Assembly: GCA_009103225.1 (NCBI GenBank)
Contig: RHPI01003129.1
Coordinates: 51,942-115,941, forward strand
Length of the DNA stretch: 64,000 nucleotides
DNA from: Chlorokybus atmophyticus
Lineage: Eukaryota > Plantae > Mesostigma and Chlorokybus algae
Reading direction: 5' to 3'
Made by a program: the position numbers and the translations under genes. Below, one piece after another: positions 27,101-50,276 of this stretch (position 1 is the stretch's first letter; every line of letters starts with the position of its first letter). Under the pieces are notes generated by a model, which worked only from the letters and a program-made list of their open reading frames with translations, had not been told where the DNA came from and ran no database searches.

Positions 27101-27334
27101 GAGAAGCACGAACCATTTGGTGATTGGGCGGAGGAGCACTGCTGGAACATGCAGCGGCGGCGCTCTAACTGTCGTGAGGCAGGTATGCGCTGGAGAGCAC
27201 GCAAGCAGAACCTTACACAAGTAGGCCCCTAAACATAGCGTAGGAAAACCCTTGTACACCATGTAATATACTTGCCTTCTAGCCTACTTGCGTGCATGCA
27301 ACACACACAACAGCCCTCTCGCCCCCCCTCCCCC

Positions 27335-27779
27335 NNNNNNNNNNNNNNNNNNNNNNNNNNNNNNNNNNNNNNNNNNNNNNNNNNNNNNNNNNNNNNNNNN
27401 NNNNNNNNNNNNNNNNNNNNNNNNNNNNNNNNNNNNNNNNNNNNNNNNNNNNNNNNNNNNNNNNNNNNNNNNNNNNNNNNNNNNNNNNNNNNNNNNNNNN
27501 NNNNNNNNNNNNNNNNNNNNNNNNNNNNNNNNNNNNNNNNNNNNNNNNNNNNNNNNNNNNNNNNNNNNNNNNNNNNNNNNNNNNNNNNNNNNNNNNNNNN
27601 NNNNNNNNNNNNNNNNNNNNNNNNNNNNNNNNNNNNNNNNNNNNNNNNNNNNNNNNNNNNNNNNNNNNNNNNNNNNNNNNNNNNNNNNNNNNNNNNNNNN
27701 NNNNNNNNNNNNNNNNNNNNNNNNNNNNNNNNNNNNNNNNNNNNNNNNNNNNNNNNNNNNNNNNNNNNNNNNNNNNNNN
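27335..27779. other. assembly gap (N run) flanked by poly-C
   Basis: Direct reading. Confidence 0.99.
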
Positions 27780-28544
27780 CCCCACCCCCGCCGCTGCCTG
27801 CCGCCGCCAGCTATGCTAACCCTCACCCACATAGACGTTAACCACAGATTTGGGCAGTGGTTGGCACCGGCCGAAGTTAGAGTGCATGCCATCTTTGACA
27901 ACCCTTCACACACACCCTACTTTGCAGCCTCATACCTGGCGCTATATGTGTCAAAAAAATAAGAAAAAATGATGGGCGTGTAGCTTACATCCGGTACAAC
28001 AACATTGCCTTACCCATGACCGCTCAAAAACCAATAAAAACCGTAGTTGACAAGCCTGCTGCCTTATTTGGCCGAAATTAGGGACACTCACCTTAGTTAT
28101 TAAATTGACGCCTTGCAACGTAACGCCGTGGCTACTACTTTTTGTGTATGATACCAAATCAGAAACGGTTTCAAACAAATTACTGAATTTATATTGATGA
28201 ACACACAATCATAACTTTCAAGTATTGTGCTCATTGAATACGTTAAATTACAACGTGGCTAGCGATGTGCAGAAACTACTTACACAAATAATATGTTACA
28301 AGCAGAACCGGGTGATGGAGATTGGTTACGTAAGCAGCGACCGCGCTCGCAATTCTTTATTCTAACGTGTATAGTTTAAATTGAACCGTCTCCTCATGTT
28401 CATGCACATGGGAAGACAGTTCAGACCCCCCATGTAGCAATTTTAGAGCAATACCGCCACATTCAACATTTCATTTATTACTGTCACATTACCGGTAGTA
28501 CGCGGTATTGCCATTTGTTCGCATGTATCTAAGCAAGTTGCTTT

Positions 28545-28712
28545 GGACGGGCGAGATGTACTCGGTGTACATCCAACGGCTTGCTATTAGTTCACAGCCC
28601 GGGAGTCGCAAGTGGCTGTCTGACAGTCGCGGGTGCCACGCATGGCCCATCACGGCCGTCGTGTGATGTGTACGACCTGAAATGCCGGCCGGCCCGACCA
28701 AACAGCCGCACC
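28545..28712. repeat. dispersed repeat, copy 2 (homologous to 23996-24203)
   Basis: Same blocks, same orientation as copy 1. Confidence 0.8.
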
Positions 28713-29415
28713 ACTAGCTGGTCGTCTTTACTCAAGAAAGTATGAGACTCATGTCGATCATCACACATATTCAATATCGTATGCATATTCTCAGTGTGAA
28801 CATGTGGCTTACTTAAAGCTCACATTCTTATATAAACCATGACAGTAATTGGGTAGATTTTCAACAGCTGAGAAATTAGTCTTGAAGTTGCGTAATTGAT
28901 GCAATAAGCATACGCCAACTACATTTAGCTATTGCTTAGTTATTAGCCTGCCTACCTTGTGGGCCCACACAAGGGTACTTACACGTCGATGGAACGTCGA
29001 TGGATTACCTTATTCTCTCCAGATCTTACATCAAGGGCAGGCTGTGAACAATCATGTCGTTTGCGTAGCAACTCTGCTGCTATACAACTGTGGGTGTCAA
29101 TCTTCACAGTATGCCTATACGTGGAGTATTCCACTATCGGCTATTTCTGTATCTCGACGCTTTGACTGTGCGGCGGAGCACGGCGACGGTGGCCAAGTTG
29201 GCGCCAACATTGTCCCTGGCGTGACGGCGGCGGCGGCGGTGAGGAGGGTCTGAGGAGGGAGAGGCGACTGCGGCATTATAACTTGCTACACAACTGCACT
29301 GTTGGTCCCTTCAGGGATAGGGGGATGGGTGACAGCCACCGTGGGTCAGTGGGTAGGTGGGTAGGAGGGTAGACTACTACCAAGCGAGCGGAGGTGAGGA
29401 AGAAGGACAGTGGGG

Positions 29416-30591
29416 ATGGGTGACAAGCTGACGGAAAAGGGATTGAGGGGAGTGTTCAGTGTGGAGCCGTATATCACTATCGGCACCAAAGATGACCCCC
29501 TTGAATATGGCATCAAACCAGGTAAACAACAACAACAGCAACTGCTACCTCTTGCTACCGTGTTGGAGGCTCGCTTGTACATGTGTACGCGTGGCTGTGT
29601 AAATTGCTGGCTTGTGTGATAATTAAGAAACACAGACAGTGGATGTAAGGCAGGAGCAACACTGTCGGTCTCAATGTGTTGACACACTAGACTGGCTCTG
29701 TTTCTCACAGCCCATTGGTTGTTACTTGCTATGCGGTTGAATTGCACACTCGCAGTGGACTTTCAGTGACCCTTGTGTTTGCATTCATTCACCATGTGAG
29801 CGCGACGAGTGTTGGTCTTTGCCTACACGTGCGCACATGCACGCGCACACACTCACACACACGTGTGCTCACGCAGCGGCGAGGTCGGTGTATGACGGCA
29901 AGCAGTTCATGACAACGCCCGCAAAGGAGGGCAGACTGCCAGACGCCTACTTCGACAAGGCACACCCATGGATATCAGACGTAAGTACATGCCTTGCCAA
30001 GAAACACACATACACACTCACACTTTGTGTATATAGGGCGATCCGTTCGAGGACAGGCTGTTATACCAGACCCTCCAGGCCGAGAAGAAGCGCGCTTTCG
30101 GCACGGGCGACTTCCGCCGCCGCGACGAGTACACGAAGACGGTGCGCGTGGAGCAGTACCGCGAGCAGCTCAAGAAGGAGGCTCGCCTGGCCAAACTCAT
30201 GCTCGCGCAACAGCAACAGGCCAACTCAGACAGCAACAACACGCACACGCTGTTCGACTCCACACACAACAAGGAGCCCAGCCGCTTCGAGGGACCCAAG
30301 TACTTGTATGATGTTGGGCGCGAGGGCGGTGCGAGGACGGAAGTGTGCCTCAAATGCCACAGTGAGACATTCTATTGTCCGCATCGGGCTTCGTATGGAA
30401 ATCATAATCTCGGTGTGGCTAAGCGGGACGGCGGATATCGCACCAGCAGCGCCGATATTGGGTTCAACGCCCTCTCCACAGCCTACGCTAAACCCCATTA
30501 TGCGCGCAAACCCGTCATTAAAGAGACGTTCTTCCGCAGGACGAACGCCATACTGCCCTCCAACGTACGCCACAACCAAAACTTAGACTGA
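29416..30591 (+). CDS. 254-aa protein, probably cilia/flagella-associated (N-terminus weakly like UPF0602/CFAP96)
   Basis: Exons 29416-29521, 29877-29980 and 30037-30591 join in phase at GT-AG sites (765 nt). GVFSVEPYITIG, GKQFMTTPAKEGRLPDAYFDK, RRDEYTKTVRVEQYREQL, CLKC...FYCPH, KPHYARKPVIKETFFRRT. Confidence 0.82.
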
Positions 30592-30850
30592 ATAGATAGG
30601 CAGGATTTGTTATTGATTTATTGTATGGGTGCTGCTGCTCGTGTGCGTGAACATACCTCCTGCCAAGTGCCGGTGTGCACTGTCAGGCAGTACAATTTCT
30701 TTGCATACGACTGTACAAGCCTGCACACAGGCGTAAACAGACAGTCGAGTTGTTGTTCATGCAGCAGGCTTCGCTATCCGAGTCGGGGCTATTGCGCTCG
30801 CGTGCTTGCACTGGTTGTTGGGTACTTCTATTCTTTTGCTGAGCAAAGCT

Positions 30851-33099
<2,249 letters not shown>

Positions 33100-34416
33100 N
33101 AGCCACCCATCGCGCTGCAAGCAGCACACACAATCAAACATGAGCGTGTACACGCTTCCCGGACATCAAACATGGCCTACACAACAGACATCACGCAACA
33201 AACTACTAACACCAGCCAGCACTAGGCAGGCACGCAGGCCTTGCGCAACCGCTGATTGCCTGTGGGTGACAGTGCGCGAAACGCCTGCAGTAACATCTGC
33301 TCCTCCATTCTGCAGGGCACAAGAGTGATCAAGGTGATGCACAGTGTCAAGTTAACGCATGTGGACGCGCGCACGAACGCATGTCCACCTGGATGTAGCG
33401 GAGGTGCATGAAGATGAGGATGTGCACCGCACGACACGTCAATCTCACTGCCAGTGTGACTGCCACTCCTTATTAGAATTGGGAAGGTAAAATGTTCATA
33501 AAGCAGGCATTGAGCAGCAAGACTCGTATGTTCTTTGCAGGCGCTTCCCTTGCAAAAGGCATTCATATCCAGCACACAACTCACACAATACTCACGCTTT
33601 ACGAAGCAACCCTTGTTATTAGTGATTGATTACATGTTGCTACGTTGCGGATATGTAACCATTCTTACTGTCAATTGGATTTTTTGCTGCTCTGATTGCG
33701 CCTTGCTGGGCTTCTGCATGCCGCTCACAAAACGCCCTTGCCTCTTGTTTCTTTTGAGCCTATGCATTGCAACAAACATGTTTGGGGTGGACCTCCAGCG
33801 CAATACACAGCGCAATTGACCGAGGCCCTCCTAAGGTTTGGTTCAGAGTCTAATTCCGCAGACGACGCAGCTAATGGCGGGTTCAGCCAGGCCTTACGTC
33901 ACACACAGGTGACGTCGGGAGTGCAACGTCGTCTGCTCTGCGCTGCAGCCAATCCAACCCCAGATACTCCCTGTGCGGAGTGGCTGGCGACAGCCTACCG
34001 GAAAGGTGTCACGCCCTGCGTCACTAGCGGGTCTCGCAGGCGACGTCCTGCCACCAGCAGACGGCGTTCATAGGGTGCCACGTAGTACACCATGGCGCCA
34101 CGTCACATGTAGTGGGTAGACAACATCCCGGTACATGAAGTTCAAGCACAAACGCAAGCAAAAAACAAACAAACTCACATCCTACAGGTGCACATGCATG
34201 TTGACAAATTATGACTGGAATAGTATGGCAATAACGCGAATGGGTAACGTAAGGTATCTTATATATGAGAGAAATGTAGCAAAGGTTCAACATCAGCGTG
34301 CGCTGTACTTATATACGAAGATATGTGTGTTTAAGTGTGTATGCTTGTGTAGACTAAATACGTATAGATAGCACTGGTAAAGACAATGTTATCACACGTG
34401 TCACACTCACGTGCGG

Positions 34417-34418
<2 letters not shown>

Positions 34419-34459
<41 letters not shown>
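34419..34459. repeat. (GA)n microsatellite
   Basis: Direct reading. Confidence 0.9.
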
Positions 34460-34460
<1 letters not shown>

Positions 34461-35597
34461 CACTCACACGTGTCAAACAAAACGTCAATACATCGATCCA
34501 CAATATATTATGCAAGCACGTCGCATATGTGTAGTAAAACATGCATGTTCTATTGCACACACGTATGTGTTCCCACCTAGCCCCCACTCCAACCATGCCA
34601 CACACAATGTCACCATAGCTTTTGTGGTTAACAAACTACACACCTGTGTAGAAGGGGGGAGCCTGTGCAAGTGTGTGAGTGTGTCTTCGTTTTTTCTTGC
34701 AGCACACGTGCATGGAAGCACTTCAATGATGAAGTCAATCATCCTCCACAAAAATCGGATCGGTTGTTCCCGTCGTGTGAAAACCGTCCATATCAATGCA
34801 TACAGTACATGGCCAATTGCATCTAAATCACGACCTGATGCAAGAAGAATACAGGTAGCTCGCTTTCGTTAACAACTTGTCAATACCGGTGTGCGCCGAC
34901 CGGCGGCTTCCGAGACACCGCTCTTACATCGAGGGCAGACTGCAGTCTTGTGCGGCATCGGTCAAGTCACGTAGCGCACAAGCGGCGGTGGCATTGCATT
35001 GGCGGGAACTCGATTGCAGCGGCGGCGACGGAGGAAGAGGGGGAGCAGGAGGACAAGACGACTGCTCTGGGTGTATGCAACTGCAAAACATTGCCGAGTG
35101 ATTCTGTCAGCAAACAGCAAATGCCGCTGCATGCCACTTGGCTCGGAAGCTCCACGCTGGTGGTTGTTGGCTAACATGGCAACGAGGGATGCACAGCCTG
35201 CTTCAAGGGCGACTTGTACTCTGTTTGCCAATGCAGTATATGCAGCCTACCGAACTTGAAACTCGCAGGAGCAGGTCGTTGCAAAGCAGCTCCGTATTGT
35301 GCATCTGACTTCATACTTTGCACAGATGCATGTTGGCTGTTTCAACAGTGTCATGCATTTTCACGCGTACCACACTGTCATTGTCAGATTCAACCCTATG
35401 GTACGCAGCAAAGGAGTTCATAAGGAAGGTCATTGTTCTGCACCTGGACACTTACTTTCGCAATCGTGCGGTGATCGTCAATGCATCTGGATGTTGTGAT
35501 ACTGCACTCATATGCAAGCAGTTATATCCGATTCAAACTATGCAGTTTACATATAGAGGTTATCGATCAAAGAGGTGTGCGCAGGCAGCCTATTGGC

Positions 35598-38500
35598 ATG
35601 ATGTCGATCAGGGCGGAGGTGGCGGATATCGACGCCATGGACGCTGTCGCCAGCATACTGCCCGGCATCGCTGCTGCTTTGAGCGCGCATGAAGCTGATA
35701 TCAGCCGGGCGGAGTCGGCCCTACAGGCAAGCGCAGAGTGATAATCAGTGGTTTCCGTCACACATGTGTGCGGGCGGGTGCGTGCGTACATGCGTGTGCC
35801 ATGGGTGTATGGGTGTGCGAGCGTGTATGCATACGTGTGCGTGCTTGTGTGTTGGTGTGCATGTGTAGCTGTATATGTGTGCGTTTGCATGCGCGCGCGC
35901 GCGTGTGTCCCCCATGTACATGCGCATGACCCTCATACACTCTTTGATTCTGTACTGCAGTTGTGCGTGCGGTATGTTGGTGAGAACCCCGAAAGCATGC
36001 GCCAACATGTTGAAGTGTGGCTTCTTCCCGCATTGGGGCTGTTGTTAAACCCTCACTCAACCGCCAACACGGTCAACACGCTGTTCGACACGCTCAAATC
36101 ACTCTCACCCTTGGACCCCACTCTGCCCGACACGCTCGAGCGCCACATGCGTGACAATGACACCCTCAACAAGATGTTGGGAATGATCAGCTCACAAGCA
36201 ACAACAACGTGTGGCACCCCCCACCCGGGTGTGCGCGCGATAAAAGCGTGGGCGCTGTATGTCGGGCTCCTTGGACGCAACCTCTCCCAAGTGAACGTCG
36301 CCAACCACGTGTTGAAGGTGAGTGTTGTTGTATGTTTTGTTGCCAACACAAAAGTGTACAATTGCGCATGTGTGCGTGTGTGAGCGCATGCGCGTGCGCG
36401 TATATGTGCATGCGTGCGCGTGTATGTGTGTGTCCTGCACAATGTGTATGCTTGAGTTGTTGTGTACAAATGTTGTTATGCAGGTGGCAGAGAAGGCGTT
36501 TGTTGCCGAGGATGTGATGTTACGTGCCAGCGCGCACGAGAGTTGGCTCGCGCTCGTGCGCAACTTCCACGCCAACAACATGTTGTCTCACCCCAAGCGT
36601 GCGCGCTTGCTCGTTGCCCCCGCCAAAAACTGCCTCGCTTCCAACGGCTGCAGATCGGACATCATCATGACGGCGTGTTTGCGCACGTGGAAAGAGTTGC
36701 TGAGTCTCTTACCCAACCACACGTTGCGTGAACTTTACAACATTGTGTTCACGCCTCTTCTCGACGCGCTCGTGACGAGGAGGAGAGACAAGCGTGCCAT
36801 CGCACCCAATGCGATCACAACTTTGTTGGACACGTTGTGCGAGTTTCTCACGCACGGGCACGTGTCCGACGCTGAAGAAGCAGCAGCAGAGCAACACAAT
36901 ACCCCCCCCGCGCATGCGATGTGGGTCGTGAGCAACACGCCACACATCATCCAACATATTGAGGGTCTGCGCGGGGACAAGGCATTGGCTGTGGAGGCTG
37001 CATGCGACGTGAGTGTTGTCTAATGTTGATTGCGTGTGAGTGTGATGCGCGTGTCAAAGGAGAAGACATGACAAGTGTGTGTGTCTGCAGCGGGTATTTG
37101 TTGCAACAGTCAAGGTTGTTGTGCACGTCGTCAAAGACAGCGAGGGGCCCAATACAGGAGAAGATGCCAAGTTGCATGTGGAAGCGATGAGCGCGATACT
37201 CGCACACGTAGCCACGCTATCCACGTACGTGTGTGCTCGTGCCACACATGGCGTGTTGTTGTTGTTGTGTACACGCCTCTCTGCGTTGCAGTGTGCGGGA
37301 GGGCGTGTGCGCGTGGGAGGTCACTCAGTTCATGTTGGACGTGTTGCGCGAGGAGCTCAATAGCAAAAGGTTCTCGTTGCACCCACCGTTGCTTCACAAC
37401 AGCGAAGAGGCTCAACCAGCTGAAGATGCTGGCAATGTGGTCACGCTGTGCGAGTACTCTGTGTGCCTGTGGATGAACGCAGCGCTGAAGTCACAAAATC
37501 GGGAAGACATCACGCGATTGACAGCACTGATATTAACACCCGCTATGCACATATCGATCAAGTTCGTCGCCGAATGTTTCCCATGGCTGCGATATCAGGA
37601 CGGTGACGCCGATTTCGCCCTCTGGGCCTGGTGCGCGTTTGCCGAAGAGCTGGCAAAGCAGCTCAATGAATGCGCGGCGAAGACGATATCGACTTCCGCG
37701 CACGATATCCAGCAATTGCTTGATATCATGTGCGTGCCCGTGCGCCAGCTGGCTACAACCCAACCTCCCCACTGGGAGGTCTTAGGCAGGAGTGCTTTCA
37801 CTCATGCACGCAAACCGTGGCTGTCGTTGTTGCGTGCTTCGGAGATGGCGTGTACACACGCCACGAACACAACAAGCTTCCTCCAAGAGCTGTGTTCGAG
37901 GCTGGTGGCAATGTCGAGCGAAGCCAAAGATACGCTTAAACCGGATTGCGTCAGTTTCTTAGCGGAATGCTTGTTGGAGCTGCTGAAAGGTGGAAACGAG
38001 CGCTTTTTGCAGCTGCCGAGTGCCAGAAACGGGAGCGATATCACCCCTGCGAGGGCGATATCAGGGCTGCTCGGGGCATTGCTGAGGAGCGCAGACGCGG
38101 ATATCGCTGCCGGGCCCGACATCGAGCTGGGAGCAATAAGCGCCCTTGCTGCGGTGTCTGCTCTGTCCAAACAAATACACTCGCAAGCGGACGCGTTCGC
38201 TCTCGCTCAGGTGATAATCAATGGTAACATGTGTGCGTGTGCGCCTGTGCGTGCACTCTTGCGTACGTGTCCCTTTTGTGCGCACGCGCAGATGCACACA
38301 CACGTGAATGCGTGTGTGCATCTGAGCGTATGTGTCTCTGTGTGTGTTCGTAATCCTCTATGCAAAGCAGGAGCTTGCCCAGCCGATGGCCAAATGGCTC
38401 AACACAACAAGCGCGTACAGCAAGGTGTCCCCGCCGCTGCGAGTGCGCGTGGTGGAGGCGTGGGGCGACGTGTTGGCGTGCGTGCGCACGCGCTCATTGT

Positions 38501-40333
38501 GCTCATGCGACTCGGCGCTGCTGAATGTGCTGGCACCTGCGCTCAAAGATGCTCTCACACACACCGATGGAGTCATTGTCAACGGGACTGTTGCGTTCTG
38601 GAACGCCACGTTTGCAAAGGTGGGACTTGTGTCTGCATGTATGTGCGCGCATGCTCACGCTTGCGCAAGTGCGAGCATATAGACGCGCACACCCACGCGG
38701 ACTCTCATGCACGCGTGTGTGTGCGTGTGTGTGCGCACACATATGTGTAATGGTGCTTGGTACATCGCTGTATTCTTGTTCATGAGTCGACTGTGTTGTT
38801 TGCAGGCAAAGGCCCTTCAACACGATTGGTTTCCGACATTTGTGCGCTCACTGTCGACGCAGTGCGCGTTGCAAGCTCCGGCAGGCTGGCATATATCGCC
38901 GCCCGGGTTGGCGATATCGCCTCCAGTAAAGGCCACGAAGCCTTCCATGCCGGCAGCGATAAAGCCTTCTTCGCCGATGTCGCCGACAACAGCCACAGCC
39001 ACAGCTGAAACCACACCAAAGTCAACGCATAAGAACGATATTAACCAAGCAAATACCACATTTGTAGCCATACCAGCACGCGCCAAAGCACCCAAAAAGC
39101 AGGCAAGGCTGCATATTGACAGCCACTCCACACACATCAAACACGACATTGCTGCTCACGTCATTTTGCGTGTGTTTTGCGTGCAGGTGTTGACTGAGCA
39201 TCAGCGCGAGGTGCGGCGCGAGCAGCTGTCTTCCAAGCCCGCGCTGTACACGAAGCTGGACGGCCCGTCGCAACCCGCGTGGGGGCTGGACTCGCAATCG
39301 CAGGACTGTTCGCAATCGCAGGTGTGAGAAAAATGTGGGCGTGTGTATGTGTCTGTCTCTCGATCTGTGTACACACGCGCGTGTGCCCATGTGTGCACGC
39401 GTGTGCGACAGCTTGTGTCTGTGTGCATGTGTGCACGCGTGTGCGCGTGCACATTGTTAATATGATAGTTGAGCGTTGCACACAATGCGAACATGTGTGC
39501 ATTTGCAGGCAGCGGCTGAGGTGAGCGTAACACTCGCAGCACCCAAGCGCGTGCAGCTAGTGCAGTGTGACAACAATGCCAACAATGTCGATGCCAACAT
39601 TGCAAAAGAGAGCTCTCCTCCCGCGACGGATGCGGCGGTAAAGCCCACGCCTTCTCCCAAGCGAGCACACGAACACACATATACAACACCATTCCCGGAG
39701 AGAAAACGTGTCAAGATTGTGGCTGAGGAGGCAACGCCATGCAATGATGGCGCAAACAACAAGCCGCATACCAACAGTTGCAGCGAGCCCCCGCACGCCA
39801 CCCGTGCACATGAAGCCCAAGCGGCATACCCGCGTGGTGATGACAGTATTGGGTTGCCATGTTGTGATGTTGCTGAGGGCGTAGCGCCTGAGGCGTCAAC
39901 CGGAGAGCCCTCATTAGCACTCGCGCTCGCCTGCTCAGGCAGTGAACAACCCGCAGCCTCACCAAATGCAGTTGGAAGTACACCTACCGCTGAAGCCAAC
40001 ACTGACCACCACCACCACCACAACAACAACAACAACTACAACAACATCAAAGACAGCAAAGACAATGACACCAACATGATCGACAACCACAACGACGATG
40101 CCAACAAGCAGTTGGTAGAGGCGCACGCGGGTGGTGGTTCATTGATACTGTCTCTCCCTCCTGACACCCCGCTGGCGCTGTTGCGACGCCTGAGCACGTG
40201 CCTTGCCGACAACAGCGGGCACAACAAGTCCCTGTCCCCGGGGCTTTCTGCGCAAGAACTGTGGGATGCGCAAGAGTGTTTAGGAGAGATGAGTCGGTGC
40301 GTGGCGGCTGCGCTGAGACGCCTGAGCACGTGA
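35598..40333 (+). CDS. RIF1: Rap1-interacting factor 1 homologue (replication timing / DNA end protection), multi-exon
   Basis: Matches remembered metazoan RIF1 motifs: WALYVGLLGRNL; NHVLK|VAEKAF...SWLALVRNF...PKRARLLVAP; FWNATFAK (~38596-38619); LTEHQREV...PALYTKLD...SQD; terminal helix LSAQELWDAQECLGEMSRCV. The true start may lie further upstream. Confidence 0.9.
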
Positions 40334-40676
40334 TGATGGTGGGATGTCAGTCTTCTCTCAATTGTACAGTTCAAACAGTACATCATGTGCTGTGTCGGAG
40401 CGTGTGTGCGAGCAAGTGATGCTGTGTTGCACTGTGCTCATGGGACAGGCGTCGCATCACAATACTATACTCCATTAATTGCTTCGGGGCTGATTATATA
40501 TCAGCCCTATCCTCAATGCGAGTCTAGCAACGATCTCTGTCTGAGATTGATTATTTGCTATACAACTATGTTGGCGACTAGCCAACACAAGCTAACTATC
40601 AGCTGCGACAAAGAATAATAATTAGGTCAACGATGTTAAGCGGCAATTAGGAGAAACGGCGGCGTCAGAGACCACA

Positions 40677-48202
<7,526 letters not shown>

Positions 48203-50203
48203 CCTATTGTGGTTACACGGACGGAGGCTTGAGCAAACGTCGCCGCAGTCCAATGATGCCCTGTCGGGCCTGACCTATGATAGCCAAGCGCCATTCAAGG
48301 CGTAAACAACCTGGAACAACCCAACATCTGTCAAGTTGTGCACGCATGAAAGTCATAATCACGCTTTTCCGTGGGCCGCAATGATAAGCTTCACCAGAGA
48401 GAGTGTTACATGACACGCTTTACTTCACAGCGTTACATGTAAGTGATGGCTCGCCTTTTTGTCAACAAGTGTTTAAGTTACAGAGAGCATGCACATGGCA
48501 TGGTCGGCCTGGTTCAGTTGACAGTTGCTGGCAGTGAGTCGCACATTCAGTGACCGGTTTTTCACTTACATTGTGTAACAAACAACGGAGCACATATGTT
48601 CGCTGAGCCCATCACCTGCCTCCAGCCGGCTACCCTATCCCAGACATGCATGCGCCAACCCTAAGAAGAAGAAACCCTAACCGCCTCCAGCTGGAGCAGA
48701 AGCTCTGCACTACCTGCTTGCTGCGTACTACCGCTTCGCTTAGCAGCACCACAGCTAGGCACTGCTTGCAAGCATGACACCACAGCCCGCCAGCTGCTGC
48801 GCAAGCACAACCCTAACCACGACACGCTGCATGCGGCGGCAAACAAACAGCAGCAGTAATGCCTCGTCCTCCTGCTCCTGCTCCTCCTCCTCCTCCTCCA
48901 CTGCCACCGCCGCTTCCACCCGCCAAGTGCGTGTCGATCACTGCTCGCTTCGCTTCCGTACACGGTACCGACGGAACTGTTTACTGGCGAGGACGCCAAC
49001 TAATGACGGCTCGCAGAGGCCGCGAGGCCTTTATATTATGTAATACCTTTCTGCATCACATGACATAGCATGATAGGGGCCTCGTTCCCCAAGGAAGCAA
49101 GCTGCTTTGACACGCGTTTAGCGCACGAGGCAAACTCTTGTGCCAAAGTTTTCTTACAGCCAGTGAAGGGCTCTGAAAGCATCATTCATCATTGCAGATG
49201 CTTACTGTGCCAGCCGCCAGCCGGCGGCAAGTGACCTCTTCATCCGTGCCATTTGACTGTCACTCGCCAGGCAATTGGGACGATTCGCAAACGGTTGCGA
49301 TCTACGCATGCGGTCATTATTTGGTAGCGACCTTTGCATAATCGCAACCGCCCCTGAGGTGTCGTCAATGAGGTGCGGCACTAGTGTCACGTCCGGTGTC
49401 ACCAGTGTTGTCGCACGCAGCGGAGCTGCTTGCTGTGCCAAGGTGGCATTGTGCCAATGTGGGCCCTCTGCTTCCTCTGTTTGTCTGGTCCTTGACATGT
49501 TGACTGCCCGCATCGCCCCGCTGGGCGGGAGCTGGTAAACCCCTAGGCCCTCCACTACTACGGTAGGCCTAGGCCTGAGTGCTAGGCCTCTGATTAAGGG
49601 TAAATGTAGGGCGTCCTTGGATTCGGAGTCTCCGAGGCTTGTCCTCAACGCCAATCCAGCGGAAGTTGTTCACATCTTCCTACGCGGCCTAAGCAAACAC
49701 ATCGTGACAAATACAAAGCTAAATACAGAGCTAAATCTACAGCATCATTCATAACGTACCGGTATTGTATGTATGTCAATAACACCCCATAGGTCAACAT
49801 TTCATGGGTCATCCCATAGGTCAACACCCTCTATGCACATCATAAGCATATCATAGTATCTACTTATTACCTTCACGACATTCAAGTGCGGTTGTCAAGT
49901 ATAGGTGCTCATTTATACATATACATTTACATATTTGTTTACATCATGACAAGACATGCATGCTCGGCAGAGCCTTTTATACAAGGCGCTTAATTAAACC
50001 AATTTTATAATACTTGTCACACATGTTGCGATGTTGGTTGATTATACGAAACGATATCATACACTATAATACAATATTATGTACCGTTTTCATGAAATAC
50101 AACATTATCAATTGATGTAAAACATGCAATTAAATCTTATGCTTCAAGCATATATTATTATTATTGCTGATGTTATTGCACGAAAAAGTGGCCTACCTCC
50201 CCC

Positions 50204-50276
50204 NNNNNNNNNNNNNNNNNNNNNNNNNNNNNNNNNNNNNNNNNNNNNNNNNNNNNNNNNNNNNNNNNNNNNNNNN
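50204..50276. other. assembly gap (N run) after poly-C
   Basis: Direct reading. Confidence 0.99.

Larger units (their letters stand above)
24202..28088 (+). mobile_element. decayed Fot-like pogo DNA transposon
   Basis: Inverted ends GTGTACCCTAATTTCGGCCA (24221-24240, partly duplicated at 24204) and TGGCCGAAATTAGGGACAC (28069-28087) enclose a transposase pseudogene. TA duplications are not preserved. Confidence 0.65.

Noticed and set aside
27272-27962. ORFs containing long X runs (also 50124-50607)
   Set aside because: They span assembly gaps.
49202-49654. 150-aa minus-strand ORF upstream of channel paralogue 1
   Set aside because: No recognisable motif or supported splice structure.
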